DNA of 64,000 bases, taken from positions 2,528,001 to 2,592,000 of the forward strand of contig OY762825.2 of NCBI GenBank assembly GCA_963666425.2. The letters are read 5' to 3'. This document shows positions 50,157 through 60,877 of the stretch, one piece after another. Origin of the DNA: Bacillota bacterium (GTDB taxonomy: Bacteria > Bacillota > JAAYKD01). Each line of letters opens with the position of its first letter. The stretch's first letter is position 1. The translations under genes and the position numbers were made by a program. The notes under the pieces were generated by a model. The model was not told the DNA's origin and did not search any database. It worked only from the letters and a program-made list of their open reading frames with translations.

Positions 50157-51836
50157 ATGGATTTCAAATCTGATATCGAAATTGCACAGGAAGCAACACC
50201 CCAAGATATTCGTCAGATCGCTACAAAACTGGGATTAAGAGAAGACGATATCGAGCTTTACGGAAAATATAAAGCGAAAGTGGACTATAATTTGCTGAAA
50301 GAAACCCGGAAAGACGGCAAACAGGCAAAATTAATTTTAGTCACCGCGATCAATCCGACCCCAGCCGGCGAAGGCAAAACCACAACGAGTATCGGTCTAT
50401 GTGATGGTCTGGCGAAAATCGGCAAAAATGTAGCCATCGCTCTGCGTGAACCTTCTTTGGGTCCTGTCTTTGGTGTCAAGGGCGGTGCTGCCGGCGGCGG
50501 TTATGCTCAAGTCATTCCGATGGAAGATATCAACTTACATTTTACCGGTGACTTCCATGCGATTACTGCTGCCAACAACCTTTTAGCTGCGATGATCGAC
50601 AATCATATTTACCAAGGCAATGAATTAAGAATTGATACCCGTCGGATTACCTGGCGCCGCTGCATGGATATGAATGACCGTCAGCTGCGTTTTGTCGTCG
50701 ATGGTTTGGGCGGCAAGAGCAATGGCACCCCAAGAGAAGACGGTTTTGATATTTCGGTTGCTTCTGAAGTCATGGCGGCCTTCTGCCTTTCCAATGACTT
50801 AATGGACTTAAGAGAAAAACTCGGCAACATCATGGTAGCTTACAATGTGGACAACGAACCGATCTATGCCCGCGATCTGAAAGCACATGGCGCCATGGCC
50901 GCTTTGCTGAAGGATGCCTTAAAGCCAAATTTGGTACAGACCCTGGAAGGTACCCCTGCGTTTATTCACGGCGGTCCCTTTGCCAATATCGCTCATGGCT
51001 GCAACTCCATCATCGCCACCAAAATGGCGATGCATTATGCCGACTATGTGGTAACAGAGGCTGGTTTCGGCGCCGATCTTGGTGCGGAGAAGTTCTTTGA
51101 TATCAAATGCCGCAAAGCCGGTCTGACACCGAACGCAGTTGTGATCGTGGCGACCATCCGGGCCTTGAAATACAATGCCGGCGTAGCCAAAGAAGACTAC
51201 AGCAAAGAAAACCTGACCGCAGTGGAAGCCGGTTTGCCGAATCTACTGAAGCATGTAGAAAATATGACGCAAATCTATCATATGCCCACCGTCGTTGCCT
51301 TGAATCATCGCACCAGCGATACTCCGGCTGAAATTAAACTGGTAGAAGATAAGTGCAGAGAATTGGGCGTTAACGTTGTCTTGAGTGATGTCTGGGGCTT
51401 AGGCGGCGAAGGCGGCAAAGATTTAGCCAATGAAGTGGTACGCCTCTGCGACTTAGAGAATCATTTCCAATTCTGCTATGAAGACGGCAAAACACTGAAA
51501 CAAAAAATCAATGCCATCGCAACCCGGGTTTACGGTGCCGGTCAAGTGGATTTCTCTGCTGCTGCCAGCCGTGAACTGAATAAAATTACCAAAATGGGCT
51601 TTGCCAATTTACCTATTTGTATGGCAAAAACCCAATATTCCCTGACCGATGATGCCAAAGTAGTCGGCCGTCCGGAAGGATTTACCATCAGTGTCCGCGA
51701 TGTCGTGCTGAACTCCGGCGCTGGCTTTGTAGTTGCCGTCACCGGCGATATTATGAGAATGCCTGGCTTGCCAAAAGTTCCGGCTGCGGAAACCATTGAC
51801 GTTGACGAAACCGGCAGAATCAGAGGTTTGTTCTAA
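50157..51836 (+). CDS. fhs: Formate--tetrahydrofolate ligase
   Basis: [54 protein letters not shown]. Confidence 0.97.
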   Translation: MDFKSDIEIAQEATPQDIRQIATKLGLREDDIELYGKYKAKVDYNLLKETRKDGKQAKLILVTAINPTPAGEGKTTTSIGLCDGLAKIGKNVAIALREPSLGPVFGVKGGAAGGGYAQVIPMEDINLHFTGDFHAITAANNLLAAMIDNHIYQGNELRIDTRRITWRRCMDMNDRQLRFVVDGLGGKSNGTPREDGFDISVASEVMAAFCLSNDLMDLREKLGNIMVAYNVDNEPIYARDLKAHGAMAALLKDALKPNLVQTLEGTPAFIHGGPFANIAHGCNSIIATKMAMHYADYVVTEAGFGADLGAEKFFDIKCRKAGLTPNAVVIVATIRALKYNAGVAKEDYSKENLTAVEAGLPNLLKHVENMTQIYHMPTVVALNHRTSDTPAEIKLVEDKCRELGVNVVLSDVWGLGGEGGKDLANEVVRLCDLENHFQFCYEDGKTLKQKINAIATRVYGAGQVDFSAAASRELNKITKMGFANLPICMAKTQYSLTDDAKVVGRPEGFTISVRDVVLNSGAGFVVAVTGDIMRMPGLPKVPAAETIDVDETGRIRGLF

Positions 51837-51940
51837 ACTGAAGTTCGATTGTTTTATAGCAGGGCTGTTTCACTTTGTGAGACGGCCCTAAAATAAAAGG
51901 ATCTTTCTGAAGCAAAATGACGCGAGAGGAGTGTTTTCTA

Positions 51941-52570
51941 ATGAATTTACGTGAATTGCGTACCGATGAATTTGTGGCGGAATTGGCATCCAAAGCACCA
52001 GTACCGGGCGGCGGCGGCGCAGCTGCGCTGATCGGCGCTCTGGGTTCCGCTTTGGGTTGTATGGTTGTCAATCTGACCTCCGGTAAAAAAAAGTATGCCC
52101 AATATGAAGCGGATTTGCAGCGCATGCTGACGCGCCTGACTGAGTTGTATCAGGGTTTGCTGCAAATGATCGACGACGACGCAGTCGCTTTTTATCCCTT
52201 GTCACAGGCTTACGGCATCAAAGCGGTTACGGAAGAGGAGAAAGCTGCCAAGCAGAAGCTCCTGCAGGCTGCCTTACAGCATGCCAGCCTGGTGCCGATG
52301 CAGATCGTCCGCACTTGTTATGAGGGAATTACCATTCAGGAAGAACTGGCAGCGAAAGGTTCCCGCTTGGCGATCAGTGATGTGGCGTGCGGCGTTCAGG
52401 CTTTGCGGACCGGCTTATTGGCTGGTCGGGTCAATGTCATGATCAATTTGGGCATGATTGAAGATCAGGAATTTGTCGGCCAGATGAAAACTGAATTGGA
52501 TAACCTGACGGAAAAAGGGGTCAAAAAGGCCGATGATATTTTCCGAACAATTGAAGCTGAACTGATGTAG
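51941..52570 (+). CDS. fchA: Methenyl-THF cyclohydrolase FchA (cyclodeaminase/cyclohydrolase family)
   Basis: LASKAPVPGGGGAAA, MVVNLT.GKK, DD..AF, ISDV, NV.INL; directly follows fhs. Confidence 0.85.
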   Translation: MNLRELRTDEFVAELASKAPVPGGGGAAALIGALGSALGCMVVNLTSGKKKYAQYEADLQRMLTRLTELYQGLLQMIDDDAVAFYPLSQAYGIKAVTEEEKAAKQKLLQAALQHASLVPMQIVRTCYEGITIQEELAAKGSRLAISDVACGVQALRTGLLAGRVNVMINLGMIEDQEFVGQMKTELDNLTEKGVKKADDIFRTIEAELM

Positions 52571-53210
52571 CATCGTATAATAAAGAAGGGGCTGGAGCAT
52601 ATCAAGAAATGCTGCAGCTCCTTTTCCATAACTTTTCGGCGCTCGTTATTCGGTAAAATGACATTACTATTTGTAAATAGATAAGAAAAACCAAATGCCA
52701 GATGGAAAAGTCCAACCCGAAAGGAAGAGCATTCTGGTTTTGTTATGATGCCATAATACATATTGATTTCATTCGATGCACTGTTTACACTTGCTTTTTC
52801 TCAGTAGTGATTTGCATCTCAAAGTTAGATTTTATGTAAGTGATACACTGCCATCAGCAAGGACTTTTTCTCAGCGAAATATTCAAAAGTTTCAATTGCA
52901 CATTTTATTTTTTGTGCCATAATGAACATGATACGTTGATTTCTCATCAGTCAATGAGTCCAAGAGCAGAACGCATAGGTTTTTTTAGTTATTTATCAGG
53001 CTTCTACTGCAATTTCAATGTAACAATTTACTTGCTTTTGATTTTCATGAGTTGATTCAATGCGTAAAAAAACCCGGATTTTGCATTTTGAGGATATTGA
53101 AAATCTGTATAGAAGAGCGGTTTATTAGTGTTCAACATTTAAGCCAGTTTTGGATGAATTTTAAAAATGACCGCAAAGCGATACAACTAGAAAGAAAGGT
53201 AGTAAGTATC

Positions 53211-54104
53211 ATGTACAATCCACAACTTGAAACCTTCATTCGGGTAGCGGATGCTGGGAGTTTTAGCAAAGCGGCAGAACAATCCTATATAACACCTACT
53301 GCGGTGATTAAACAAATTAACATGCTGGAAGCGAAGCTTGGTGTGCTACTTTTTGAACGAACACATCGAGGTTTGAACTTGACAAAAGCTGGTACTTCAT
53401 TGTATAAAGACGCGAAATACATGATTCAATACAGCAAGGACTCTGTGATACGGGCAAAGAACGCTCTACAAGAAGACAGCAATACCATTCGTGTCGGAAC
53501 TTCTGCCATGACACCGGCAAAAATCCTCGTAGATCTTTGGCCGAAAATTCATGAACCGTATCCCGAAATCAAGTTTCAACTTATCCCTTTTGAAAACACA
53601 CCAGAAAATGCAAGAGAAATATTAAGGAATCTTGGTCAGAACATTGATGTTATTGCAGGAATCTTTGACGATATACTTTTGGATGTGCGTAACTGTGCAG
53701 GCTTTGAGCTTTCAAGAGAACCTCTCTGTTGTGCCGTCTCTATACATCACCGCCTTGCTGATAAGAACAGATTGACAGTTCAGGATTTGTATGGAGAAAA
53801 TTTGATGCTGATGCATCGGGGATGGAGTCATTCTATAGATCAACTTCGGGATGACATTTTGGAACACCATAGACAGATTCATCTGGTAGATTTTGATTTT
53901 TATAGCGTTGATATCTTCAATCGCTGCGAAAACAGCAACGACATTCTTATGGCAATTGCGGGATGGGCCAATGTCCATCCACTATTGAAAGTGATTCCTG
54001 TGGATTGGGATCACTCCATTCCCTATGGTCTGCTCCATTCGCTCAAGCCATCTGAAAAGGTGAAGCGTGTCCTTGCGGCGATTCAAACGGTATTGCAGCA
54101 ATAA
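53211..54104 (+). CDS. LysR-family transcriptional regulator
   Basis: LETFIRVADAGSFSKAA..YITPTAVIKQI..LE..LGV.LF.R. Confidence 0.92.
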   Translation: MYNPQLETFIRVADAGSFSKAAEQSYITPTAVIKQINMLEAKLGVLLFERTHRGLNLTKAGTSLYKDAKYMIQYSKDSVIRAKNALQEDSNTIRVGTSAMTPAKILVDLWPKIHEPYPEIKFQLIPFENTPENAREILRNLGQNIDVIAGIFDDILLDVRNCAGFELSREPLCCAVSIHHRLADKNRLTVQDLYGENLMLMHRGWSHSIDQLRDDILEHHRQIHLVDFDFYSVDIFNRCENSNDILMAIAGWANVHPLLKVIPVDWDHSIPYGLLHSLKPSEKVKRVLAAIQTVLQQ

Positions 54105-54300
54105 TGAAATGGAAGCCATAACCTTTGAGTATAAGCTAACGAACAAATCGAGACTTCTCTGGAAGGCTCGATTTGCTTATAATACAAATGTAAGAAATGA
54201 TTATCAGGTGTGAGCAAAACAAGAAAAGGATTGTCATCAATGATAAATGACCGATAAGGGCATTTTTTAGTCCGAATAAATCGATCAAGGAGGTTGGAAG

Positions 54301-55014
54301 ATGGATAAGCCGTTTGTCGTTTGTCACATGCTGGCTTCTCTCGATGGGAAGATTGATGGTGATTTTATGGTTGCTCCCGAAAACGCGCCTGTTCTGCAGG
54401 AATATGGGAAGCTTCGTGTTTCTTATGCATGCCAAGCCACACTTTATGGAACGGTCACAATGGAAGGCAGTTATTCCGAAACTCGTATGTCGGAATTACC
54501 AAACAGTAGAATGCTCTATCCGAAAGAAGACTATCAAGCTCCTACTGACGTAAAAAACTATATCGTTTCTATTGATCCAAAAGGAATTTTGGGATGGAAA
54601 TCTAAGTATATCGAGAGAAAAAATCGCCCCAAATCCCATGTGATCGAAGTCCTTACTGAGCAGGTTTCTAACAATTATCTGGCATATCTTCGACAATTTG
54701 ATATTTCTTATATTTTCGCAGGCCAAGATCAACTTGATTGTAATGTAGTTCTGTATAAATTAAAAACAGTGTTCCAAATTGATCGCTTGATGATTGCTGG
54801 AGGTGGTCTGATGAATTGGTCATTCCTTCAGGACAATCTGATTGACGAGTTGAGTCTCGTTATCTCACCTTTGGCAGACGGTAACCGAAAGGCTGTTTCA
54901 ATTTTCGAAAAAGCGGAGTTCCTCCCCGACAGAACACCAGCAGTTTTTACTCTGAAAGAGGTAAAACAAATTGAAGGAGATGGACTTTGGTTACGTTATT
55001 TACTGAAGCGATAA
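54301..55014 (+). CDS. RibD C-terminal / dihydrofolate reductase-like protein
   Basis: CHMLASLDGKIDG, LMIAGGG.MNWSFL...LIDELSLV. Confidence 0.85.
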   Translation: MDKPFVVCHMLASLDGKIDGDFMVAPENAPVLQEYGKLRVSYACQATLYGTVTMEGSYSETRMSELPNSRMLYPKEDYQAPTDVKNYIVSIDPKGILGWKSKYIERKNRPKSHVIEVLTEQVSNNYLAYLRQFDISYIFAGQDQLDCNVVLYKLKTVFQIDRLMIAGGGLMNWSFLQDNLIDELSLVISPLADGNRKAVSIFEKAEFLPDRTPAVFTLKEVKQIEGDGLWLRYLLKR

Positions 55015-55029
55015 GGAGGGTATATACTA

Positions 55030-55350
55030 TATTGAATTCTTAAGGGACTTGAACACTTCTTCAGACAGACTTGGCTGCAGATGCAGGGGGCGAACTTGCC
55101 TGCATCGCACAAGCAATAATGAGATAATCGACCTGGTTGTCTGTGGCGAAGGCTGGAGACAAGCATAGCCTGTAAGTCAATTTGTTGCTGTTTGCATTTA
55201 CGTATAAAATCACGTGCAGTGACGTAAAAGCTCACTAAGCTGGCTTCTGGAAAACACCAAAAACTGCTGATACACGGCACACAAAGCCGGAAGGTAAGTT
55301 ATTGATGAGACACAAAATCCTATGGAAAAGTCTGCTATATTTGGCGGGTT
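55030..55350 (+). pseudogene. Degraded cupin-domain gene remnant (tentative)
   Basis: An AAGGAGG RBS with no intact ORF behind it. One frame reads LH....EIIDLVVCGEGWRQA*, which resembles the cupin motif L.V..G.GW.Q. Confidence 0.3.
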
Positions 55351-55387
55351 AAGAAGAATCAATAACAACGATAAGGAGTAATGCATC

Positions 55388-55945
55388 ATGAGAAAAAATT
55401 ACGGAAAGAAAACCTGGTTTTACCCATTACCGGTTCTGATTATTGGTACTTACAGTGAGAATGGTAAAGCAGATGCTATGAATGCAGCTTGGGGTGGCAT
55501 TTATGATCGTGATCATGTTGTGCTCAGCCTTGGTGCAGGGCACAGAACCACACAGAACATCAAAACAAAAGGTGCGTTCACCGTGAGCTTTGCTGATATC
55601 TCTCATGTTGTGCAAGCAGATTATGTTGGATTAGTTTCTGCAAAAGATGTGGAAGATAAAATGGAACAGGCTGGATTCCATACTAGTAAAAGTGAGTTTG
55701 TGGATGCTCCCATTATTGATGAATTGCCCTTGACATTAGAATGCAAGCTCGTTAAAGTGAACGAAGATGGAAAAATCATTGGCGAAATTGTCAATGTCAA
55801 CGCAGATGAACGCATTTTAGGTGAGGATGGAACAATCGATCTGGCAAAGCTTCAGGTTATTTCCTTTGATCCGGTTCACAACGCCTACTTAATGCTGGGT
55901 GAAAAGGTCGGTAATGCTTTCCAGGATGGAGCGGTGCTGAAGTAA
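55388..55945 (+). CDS. Flavin reductase / flavoredoxin family
   Basis: YPLPVLIIGTY, AMNAAWGG, FTVSFA, DYVGLVS, APII.E.PLTLEC. Confidence 0.88.
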   Translation: MRKNYGKKTWFYPLPVLIIGTYSENGKADAMNAAWGGIYDRDHVVLSLGAGHRTTQNIKTKGAFTVSFADISHVVQADYVGLVSAKDVEDKMEQAGFHTSKSEFVDAPIIDELPLTLECKLVKVNEDGKIIGEIVNVNADERILGEDGTIDLAKLQVISFDPVHNAYLMLGEKVGNAFQDGAVLK

Positions 55946-56195
55946 CCGAAAGGCTTATACTGCACCATAGGTGGAGATTCCAGAACATTTTGTTTGCGGT
56001 TTCATTTGAGAAGAAATTTTCTTAAAAAACAAGTTATAACCTTTATTGTTATAAACAAGCAAGGGTTGTTTGTTGACTAAATCTTGGAACGGCTGATATT
56101 AAATAGGTTGATTCGTCTAGATTTGGTTTATGAAAATGATATTGAGATGAAAAAGTAGTTGCAGCAATTTTATTTTTAGCTGCAACTATTTTTTA

Positions 56196-56687
56196 CTAAT
56201 TATAATACTCTTTTCTCAAACCGAATTCCGCCGATTCGACCCAATCTTCTGCCTGTTTCAGTAAAGCGGCAAGCTCTTCCAAAACCTCATAATGATGCTT
56301 CTCTTGATTGATCAGATAGGTGAAAAGTTCTTTTTCCATGCCGGCTTCCGGATCGGCTGCGTGTTTGCTATAAAAATCAATGCTTTGCTTTTCTTTATCG
56401 AGCGCGATGCGGTAAAAATCCAATTGACTGGGATTTTCTTTGCCCTTGATTTTTATTTTTGCAATATCCTGGAAGATATTTTTAGCTTTGCTTAAAGTCT
56501 CCGAATCCGGACATTCGTAAGCTAAATGATTCAGTTTGTGGCTGAGCAATTGAGCATGCATCTTTTCGTCATCCGCCAGCATCCGGCAGACGACATTGAG
56601 ATTATTCTGCGTATAAAGCTCTGCTTGTTCCCGGTAATATTTTTCTCCGTCCTGTTCCATCTGGATGGCAAATTCTAAAACGTTCAT
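56196..56687 (-). CDS. Ferritin-like (rubrerythrin-type diiron) protein
   Basis: AIQMEQDG..YY, LADDEKMH, ALDKEK.S..FY, LINQEKHH (paired ExxH motifs); ATG 56687. Confidence 0.85.
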   Translation of the reverse strand: MNVLEFAIQMEQDGEKYYREQAELYTQNNLNVVCRMLADDEKMHAQLLSHKLNHLAYECPDSETLSKAKNIFQDIAKIKIKGKENPSQLDFYRIALDKEKQSIDFYSKHAADPEAGMEKELFTYLINQEKHHYEVLEELAALLKQAEDWVESAEFGLRKEYYN

Positions 56688-56706
56688 CTTCTGTCCTTTC
56701 TTTAGA

Positions 56707-56760
56707 GCCAAGGGGACGGGGGTTGTGGCACACCTGTGCCACAACCCCCGTCCCCTTGGC
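56707..56760. repeat. Perfect 26-bp inverted repeat (REP-like, GGGACGG/CCGTCCC core)
   Basis: GCCAAGGGGACGGGGGTTGTGGCACA-CC-TGTGCCACAACCCCCGTCCCCTTGGC. Confidence 0.85.
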
Positions 56761-56766
56761 ACAAGC

Positions 56767-56955
56767 CTATTCGAGAGAAATTGCGCTGACAGGGCAGGAT
56801 TCTTTGGCTTCTTTGGCACAGGCTTCCGACACTGCCGGAATCAATTCCGCGATGGCGACCGCCTTGTCTTCAAAATCCATTGAAAATACTTCCGGACAGA
56901 TGGATTTACACAGACCGCAGCCGATACAGGAGTCTCTGTCTACCATGGCTTTCAT
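56767..56955 (-). CDS. Monocluster [4Fe-4S] ferredoxin
   Basis: CIGCGLC..ICPEVF ... CPVSAI; GGAGG RBS. Confidence 0.92.
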   Translation of the reverse strand: MKAMVDRDSCIGCGLCKSICPEVFSMDFEDKAVAIAELIPAVSEACAKEAKESCPVSAISLE

Positions 56956-56993
56956 ACTTGTTTCACCTCCGTTTTTTTGATGCTGAGCTAAAT

Positions 56994-57329
56994 TTATACT
57001 GTCTCGATACCAATGAAAAGGTCGGTTCCTTCTGTTTTCACCGGATAGCTGTGAAGATCGGTTGCTTTGACCTTGATAAATAGCAGTTTTCCGCTTTGCA
57101 CTAATTTACCATTGGTTACATCATAAACGGAGCCATGCCGCGGGCAAATAATGTGAGTGCCCTCCAAGGTTCCCTCAGCCAAAGACCCTCCCATGTGCGA
57201 ACAGCTATTATCAATGGCATAATAGCTGTTGGCCAGATTGGTCAGCAGAATATCTTTTCCATGATAGGTGATTTTCATCTTTTCTCCCGGGTTCAACTGA
57301 TTGGTATTGGCAACTTTAATAAACTCCAT
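56994..57329 (-). CDS. Rieske [2Fe-2S] ferredoxin
   Basis: CSHMGG.L ... CPRHGS.YD; GGAGG RBS before ATG 57329. Confidence 0.9.
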   Translation of the reverse strand: MEFIKVANTNQLNPGEKMKITYHGKDILLTNLANSYYAIDNSCSHMGGSLAEGTLEGTHIICPRHGSVYDVTNGKLVQSGKLLFIKVKATDLHSYPVKTEGTDLFIGIETV

Positions 57330-57553
57330 TCGGAACCTCCTTTCTAAAATATACAAGAATTTCATATTGTACGAGAAGATACTACCAGATCCAACACTAA
57401 TTCTACCATAGAGAGATATTTTTGTCAATCGGCAACAGGCTGAACAAGAATTTGGTTTTTTTAATCGGTTGCTCCGGCAGCAGCTGATGAGAGAAAAAGA
57501 GAGTGACACGGTCTTGTGCCACTCTCCATCGATTTTATTCGGTTTTAGGCAGC

Positions 57554-60019
57554 CTATTTGATGCCGGCGCTTAAGATGGCATTGAAGATCAATTTATAGG
57601 TGTTATGCGCCTGCGCCCGATAGATGGGATTAAAAGCGAAGCAAACGATGCGGCCTTTACCCATGGGGATTTCACAGAGGGCGCTGCGGCCGTTGAGCTG
57701 TGCCTGCGGATCCAGCATCCAACCGGAAAGCAGGAGGTTGGAACTGGGATAATGAGCGAGAACCGTACCGCTGTCAACCGATAAAGCGCCGGAGCGTTGG
57801 AACCAGATGGGTTCTTCTTTTTCGGCACCCCAGGTTACCGGGTGTTCATTATTGACGCAGACGCGCAGCAGAGAGCCGGGAATATAAAAATCTTTGGGAG
57901 GTAATTTCGCTAAGATGTTCTTGGCGGGGATCCCGAGTGTCTCAATGGCATAATCAACAGCGTGATCGATTGCGATCAGAACACCGCCGGCTTGGACAAA
58001 GTCTTGCAAAGCCGTGGCACCCGCTTCTCCCAGACCACCAAAATAGGGAGCGGGGACCATGTTTTCCGGTAAGCCTTCCTGAATCCGCTGCGCCATCATA
58101 TTCGGCAGGATCAAGGCATCATATTTTTCAATCAGGTTGCCCGCCTGAATCAGCTCATTGCTGGGGCTTTCGAAATCGAAGTGGAATTGTTCCAAGACAA
58201 AACGCAGCCAGCCTTCATCCATTTCACCGGTCCAACTCTTGTATAGACCGAAGCGGACGGGACGCAGACTGCAGGTAGGCAGTCCATTCTCCCAGGGTGT
58301 AATTACAAGACCTTTTTCTGCCCAGTCCTGCATGAATCTCGTTAGGCCGACCTGGGTTGGGATTACCCATAAACCGGCGGGGAGCACAACCTCTTTTGTT
58401 TCAATGGTTTTGGTCAGACGTTCTACCCTGAAGCCATTTTGCAGTAAATCATTGACAAAGGCAAAGCCGTCGTTCAGTTTGGGGTCAACAATATAGCAGG
58501 AAGCGTCAGTGCGGGGTGCTGCAACGGCTTTCGGTGTCACATCAGAGAGGCGTGTCATTGCAACGGTCAGCGGTTCTGTGACTGTTACCGTATCAATGCC
58601 CATTAAGAGACCTTGCGTAAATGCGGTGACATCATAGGGACGTTGGGGCGGCCCACCGGGATATTCACGGATATCGGGGTAATCCTGGATCTCCAACAAA
58701 CATTTCGCAAAAGCAAAATAAGGCTGATCGGCAGGAATAATCACAGAACCGGCAGCATAAGTCTTGCCATTGAAGCTGAAGGCTTGATCCGCCGTATAAA
58801 GTTCGACTTGCCCGATATGGAAGATGCGCAGCAAGCGGTAGACGCTGTCTGTCGCTCTTTGTCCGGCAGGAATCACAAAAGCATAAGGCGCTCCTTGATG
58901 GTTCACTGCTTTGCGGCCAATCTGTAGGAAGTTGCGCAGCCAGGTTTCCCGGTTGCGGGCAGCATGCGTGAGTAAGGCTTCGGTCGCCAGACGTTCATAT
59001 TCGATGATATCAGAAAGATGCCATTCACCGCCGGTCCAGGGTTCAGGGAAGTTCCAGGCGCGCACTTTTCCGTCATAGCCGATACCGGTCGTTAATTCTT
59101 CGAATTTTACGTTAACCGGTGTGGCGATTTTACAGGAGGCTGCTTCAGTCAGGATACGGATGCCGCCGTGGGTATGTTGGAAGGCGCGCGCCGGATTCCA
59201 GGCATCATAAATGCCGTGGATCAGGACGCCTTTTTTATCCTGAGCGGTGAGTTCCTGCGCCATGGCAGAGCCGATCCAGACAATTTCCTGCTGAATGATC
59301 GGATCAACATTTGGCTCAATGGGATCGACATAAGGCGGAATAAAGAAACGGGCGGCAGTAGTTCCCATTTGATGCATATCATAGATGATTTGCGGATGCC
59401 ATTCGTTATGGATTTCCTCAATCGTCAGGCGATTTTCCACTTGGCTGAAGGTATACCAATCGCGGTTGTTATCATGCCCGACGTATTTTTGATAGAGCCA
59501 AGGCATGATGCCGCCTTCATAGGGGGTATCCAGATTCTTACGGTACCAATCTGTAATCATCTGATGTCCATCCGGATTTAAGGAAGGAACCAGTACTAAA
59601 ATAACGTTGTCCAAAATTTGTTCCGCATTTGGCATCGTTGAGGCAGCCAGGGAGTAAGCCAGTGCCATGCTGTATTCGGGTCCGGCGATTTCGGTAGAAT
59701 GAATTCCGCAGGAAATCATCACAATCGTTTTGCCGATACGAATCAATTCCTTGGCATCCTCGTCGGATAAACCTCTGGGATCAGCCAGCCGTGCTTGATT
59801 TTGACGATGAGTTTCCAGATGCTTCATGTTGTATTCCGAGGAGATGATCAGGTTGATAAAAGGTTTACCTTCGGTGGATTTTCCCATTTCGGTCAGTTTA
59901 ACCCGTTCGGATGCCGCAGCCAAGTGTTCAAAATAGGCCAGCATTTGCGGCCAATCTGCCAGCGTGCGGTCACTGCCCGGCTCAAAGCCTAGAAATTCCT
60001 TCGGTGTCATGAGCTGCAT
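57554..60019 (-). CDS. M14 zinc carboxypeptidase-like protein with a C-terminal GATase-like domain
   Basis: GIHSTE (HxxE), NPDG, DNNRD, DMHQMG; C-terminal MDEGWLRF, FVQAGG; no signal peptide evident. Confidence 0.82.
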   Translation of the reverse strand: MQLMTPKEFLGFEPGSDRTLADWPQMLAYFEHLAAASERVKLTEMGKSTEGKPFINLIISSEYNMKHLETHRQNQARLADPRGLSDEDAKELIRIGKTIVMISCGIHSTEIAGPEYSMALAYSLAASTMPNAEQILDNVILVLVPSLNPDGHQMITDWYRKNLDTPYEGGIMPWLYQKYVGHDNNRDWYTFSQVENRLTIEEIHNEWHPQIIYDMHQMGTTAARFFIPPYVDPIEPNVDPIIQQEIVWIGSAMAQELTAQDKKGVLIHGIYDAWNPARAFQHTHGGIRILTEAASCKIATPVNVKFEELTTGIGYDGKVRAWNFPEPWTGGEWHLSDIIEYERLATEALLTHAARNRETWLRNFLQIGRKAVNHQGAPYAFVIPAGQRATDSVYRLLRIFHIGQVELYTADQAFSFNGKTYAAGSVIIPADQPYFAFAKCLLEIQDYPDIREYPGGPPQRPYDVTAFTQGLLMGIDTVTVTEPLTVAMTRLSDVTPKAVAAPRTDASCYIVDPKLNDGFAFVNDLLQNGFRVERLTKTIETKEVVLPAGLWVIPTQVGLTRFMQDWAEKGLVITPWENGLPTCSLRPVRFGLYKSWTGEMDEGWLRFVLEQFHFDFESPSNELIQAGNLIEKYDALILPNMMAQRIQEGLPENMVPAPYFGGLGEAGATALQDFVQAGGVLIAIDHAVDYAIETLGIPAKNILAKLPPKDFYIPGSLLRVCVNNEHPVTWGAEKEEPIWFQRSGALSVDSGTVLAHYPSSNLLLSGWMLDPQAQLNGRSALCEIPMGKGRIVCFAFNPIYRAQAHNTYKLIFNAILSAGIK

Positions 60020-60169
60020 AACAAACTACCTCCTTAAAAAATCAAATTGCATAAATACTCCTTAATCTTTCGTGACGGGAAACAATTTCCCTGCCTGTCA
60101 ACGATAAATAAATGAAAAACCGCAGACAATGAAAGAGATCATTGCCTGCAGTTTCTTTTTAAGAACTTG

Positions 60170-60838
60170 TTACAAGACAGAGCGTAAAGCATAAGCGGGG
60201 GCTTCTCGGCGTGAATCGGGGACGGAATAATTTTTGACTGTCTGATAAAAAGTGTGCATTGCCTGCAGCGCCAAAAAAACCTGGTTGAGTTGTTGATCGT
60301 TGAGCGAATAAAGAAGATCCTGCAAGCAAAGCAAGATAGCAGAAGGCAGATAATATTCCGGTTCGCTGGCAGAGAAAAGAAATTCCGTATTCATCGTACC
60401 CTGTGGTAAGGTAACCTGCAGCAGAGTAGTGACCTTATTGATGATGGCAGCATGGCTGCTGTCGCAGAGCAGCAATTCCAGATTCTTACCTAAAATATTG
60501 ATCCGTTTTTCCATCGTTGCTTCATTCTGCAGCATAAAGGGAATCATGGAGTCAAGATAAGCGACAAGCTGGTTCGCTTCTTCCAAACCGGTCAATTGAA
60601 ATAGTACTTCGGCATAGGTGACTAAGAATAGATGCAGCTGCAAACGAAAGACTTCATAATCAGGATCCAGACGATGAAACTCAACGCAAGCTCGCTCTCG
60701 CTGAAAATAACTGACTTGCAAGCTGGCAACCGTTTGGATTTTCAGGCGGGGAGGAACTGGCGGAGGTGTGAGCGGAATGCTCGGTTTTGCTGTCTCGTTA
60801 TTTTTTTTAAAGATCGAGCCAAAATTACTGTTCTGCAT
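60170..60838 (-). CDS. Hypothetical protein
   Basis: ORF of about 222 aa with a GGAGG RBS before ATG 60838 and a Pro-rich N-terminus; no family recognised. Confidence 0.6.
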   Translation of the reverse strand: MQNSNFGSIFKKNNETAKPSIPLTPPPVPPRLKIQTVASLQVSYFQRERACVEFHRLDPDYEVFRLQLHLFLVTYAEVLFQLTGLEEANQLVAYLDSMIPFMLQNEATMEKRINILGKNLELLLCDSSHAAIINKVTTLLQVTLPQGTMNTEFLFSASEPEYYLPSAILLCLQDLLYSLNDQQLNQVFLALQAMHTFYQTVKNYSVPDSRREAPAYALRSVL

Positions 60839-60877
60839 AATGAAACCTCCACTGTGGTAGCGCATTGATAGCGGCAA

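Noticed and set aside
52640..53200. Coding region upstream of LysR
   Set aside because: Only short ORFs with no recognisable motifs; the long N-terminal extension of the LysR ORF in the track is unlikely to be real.
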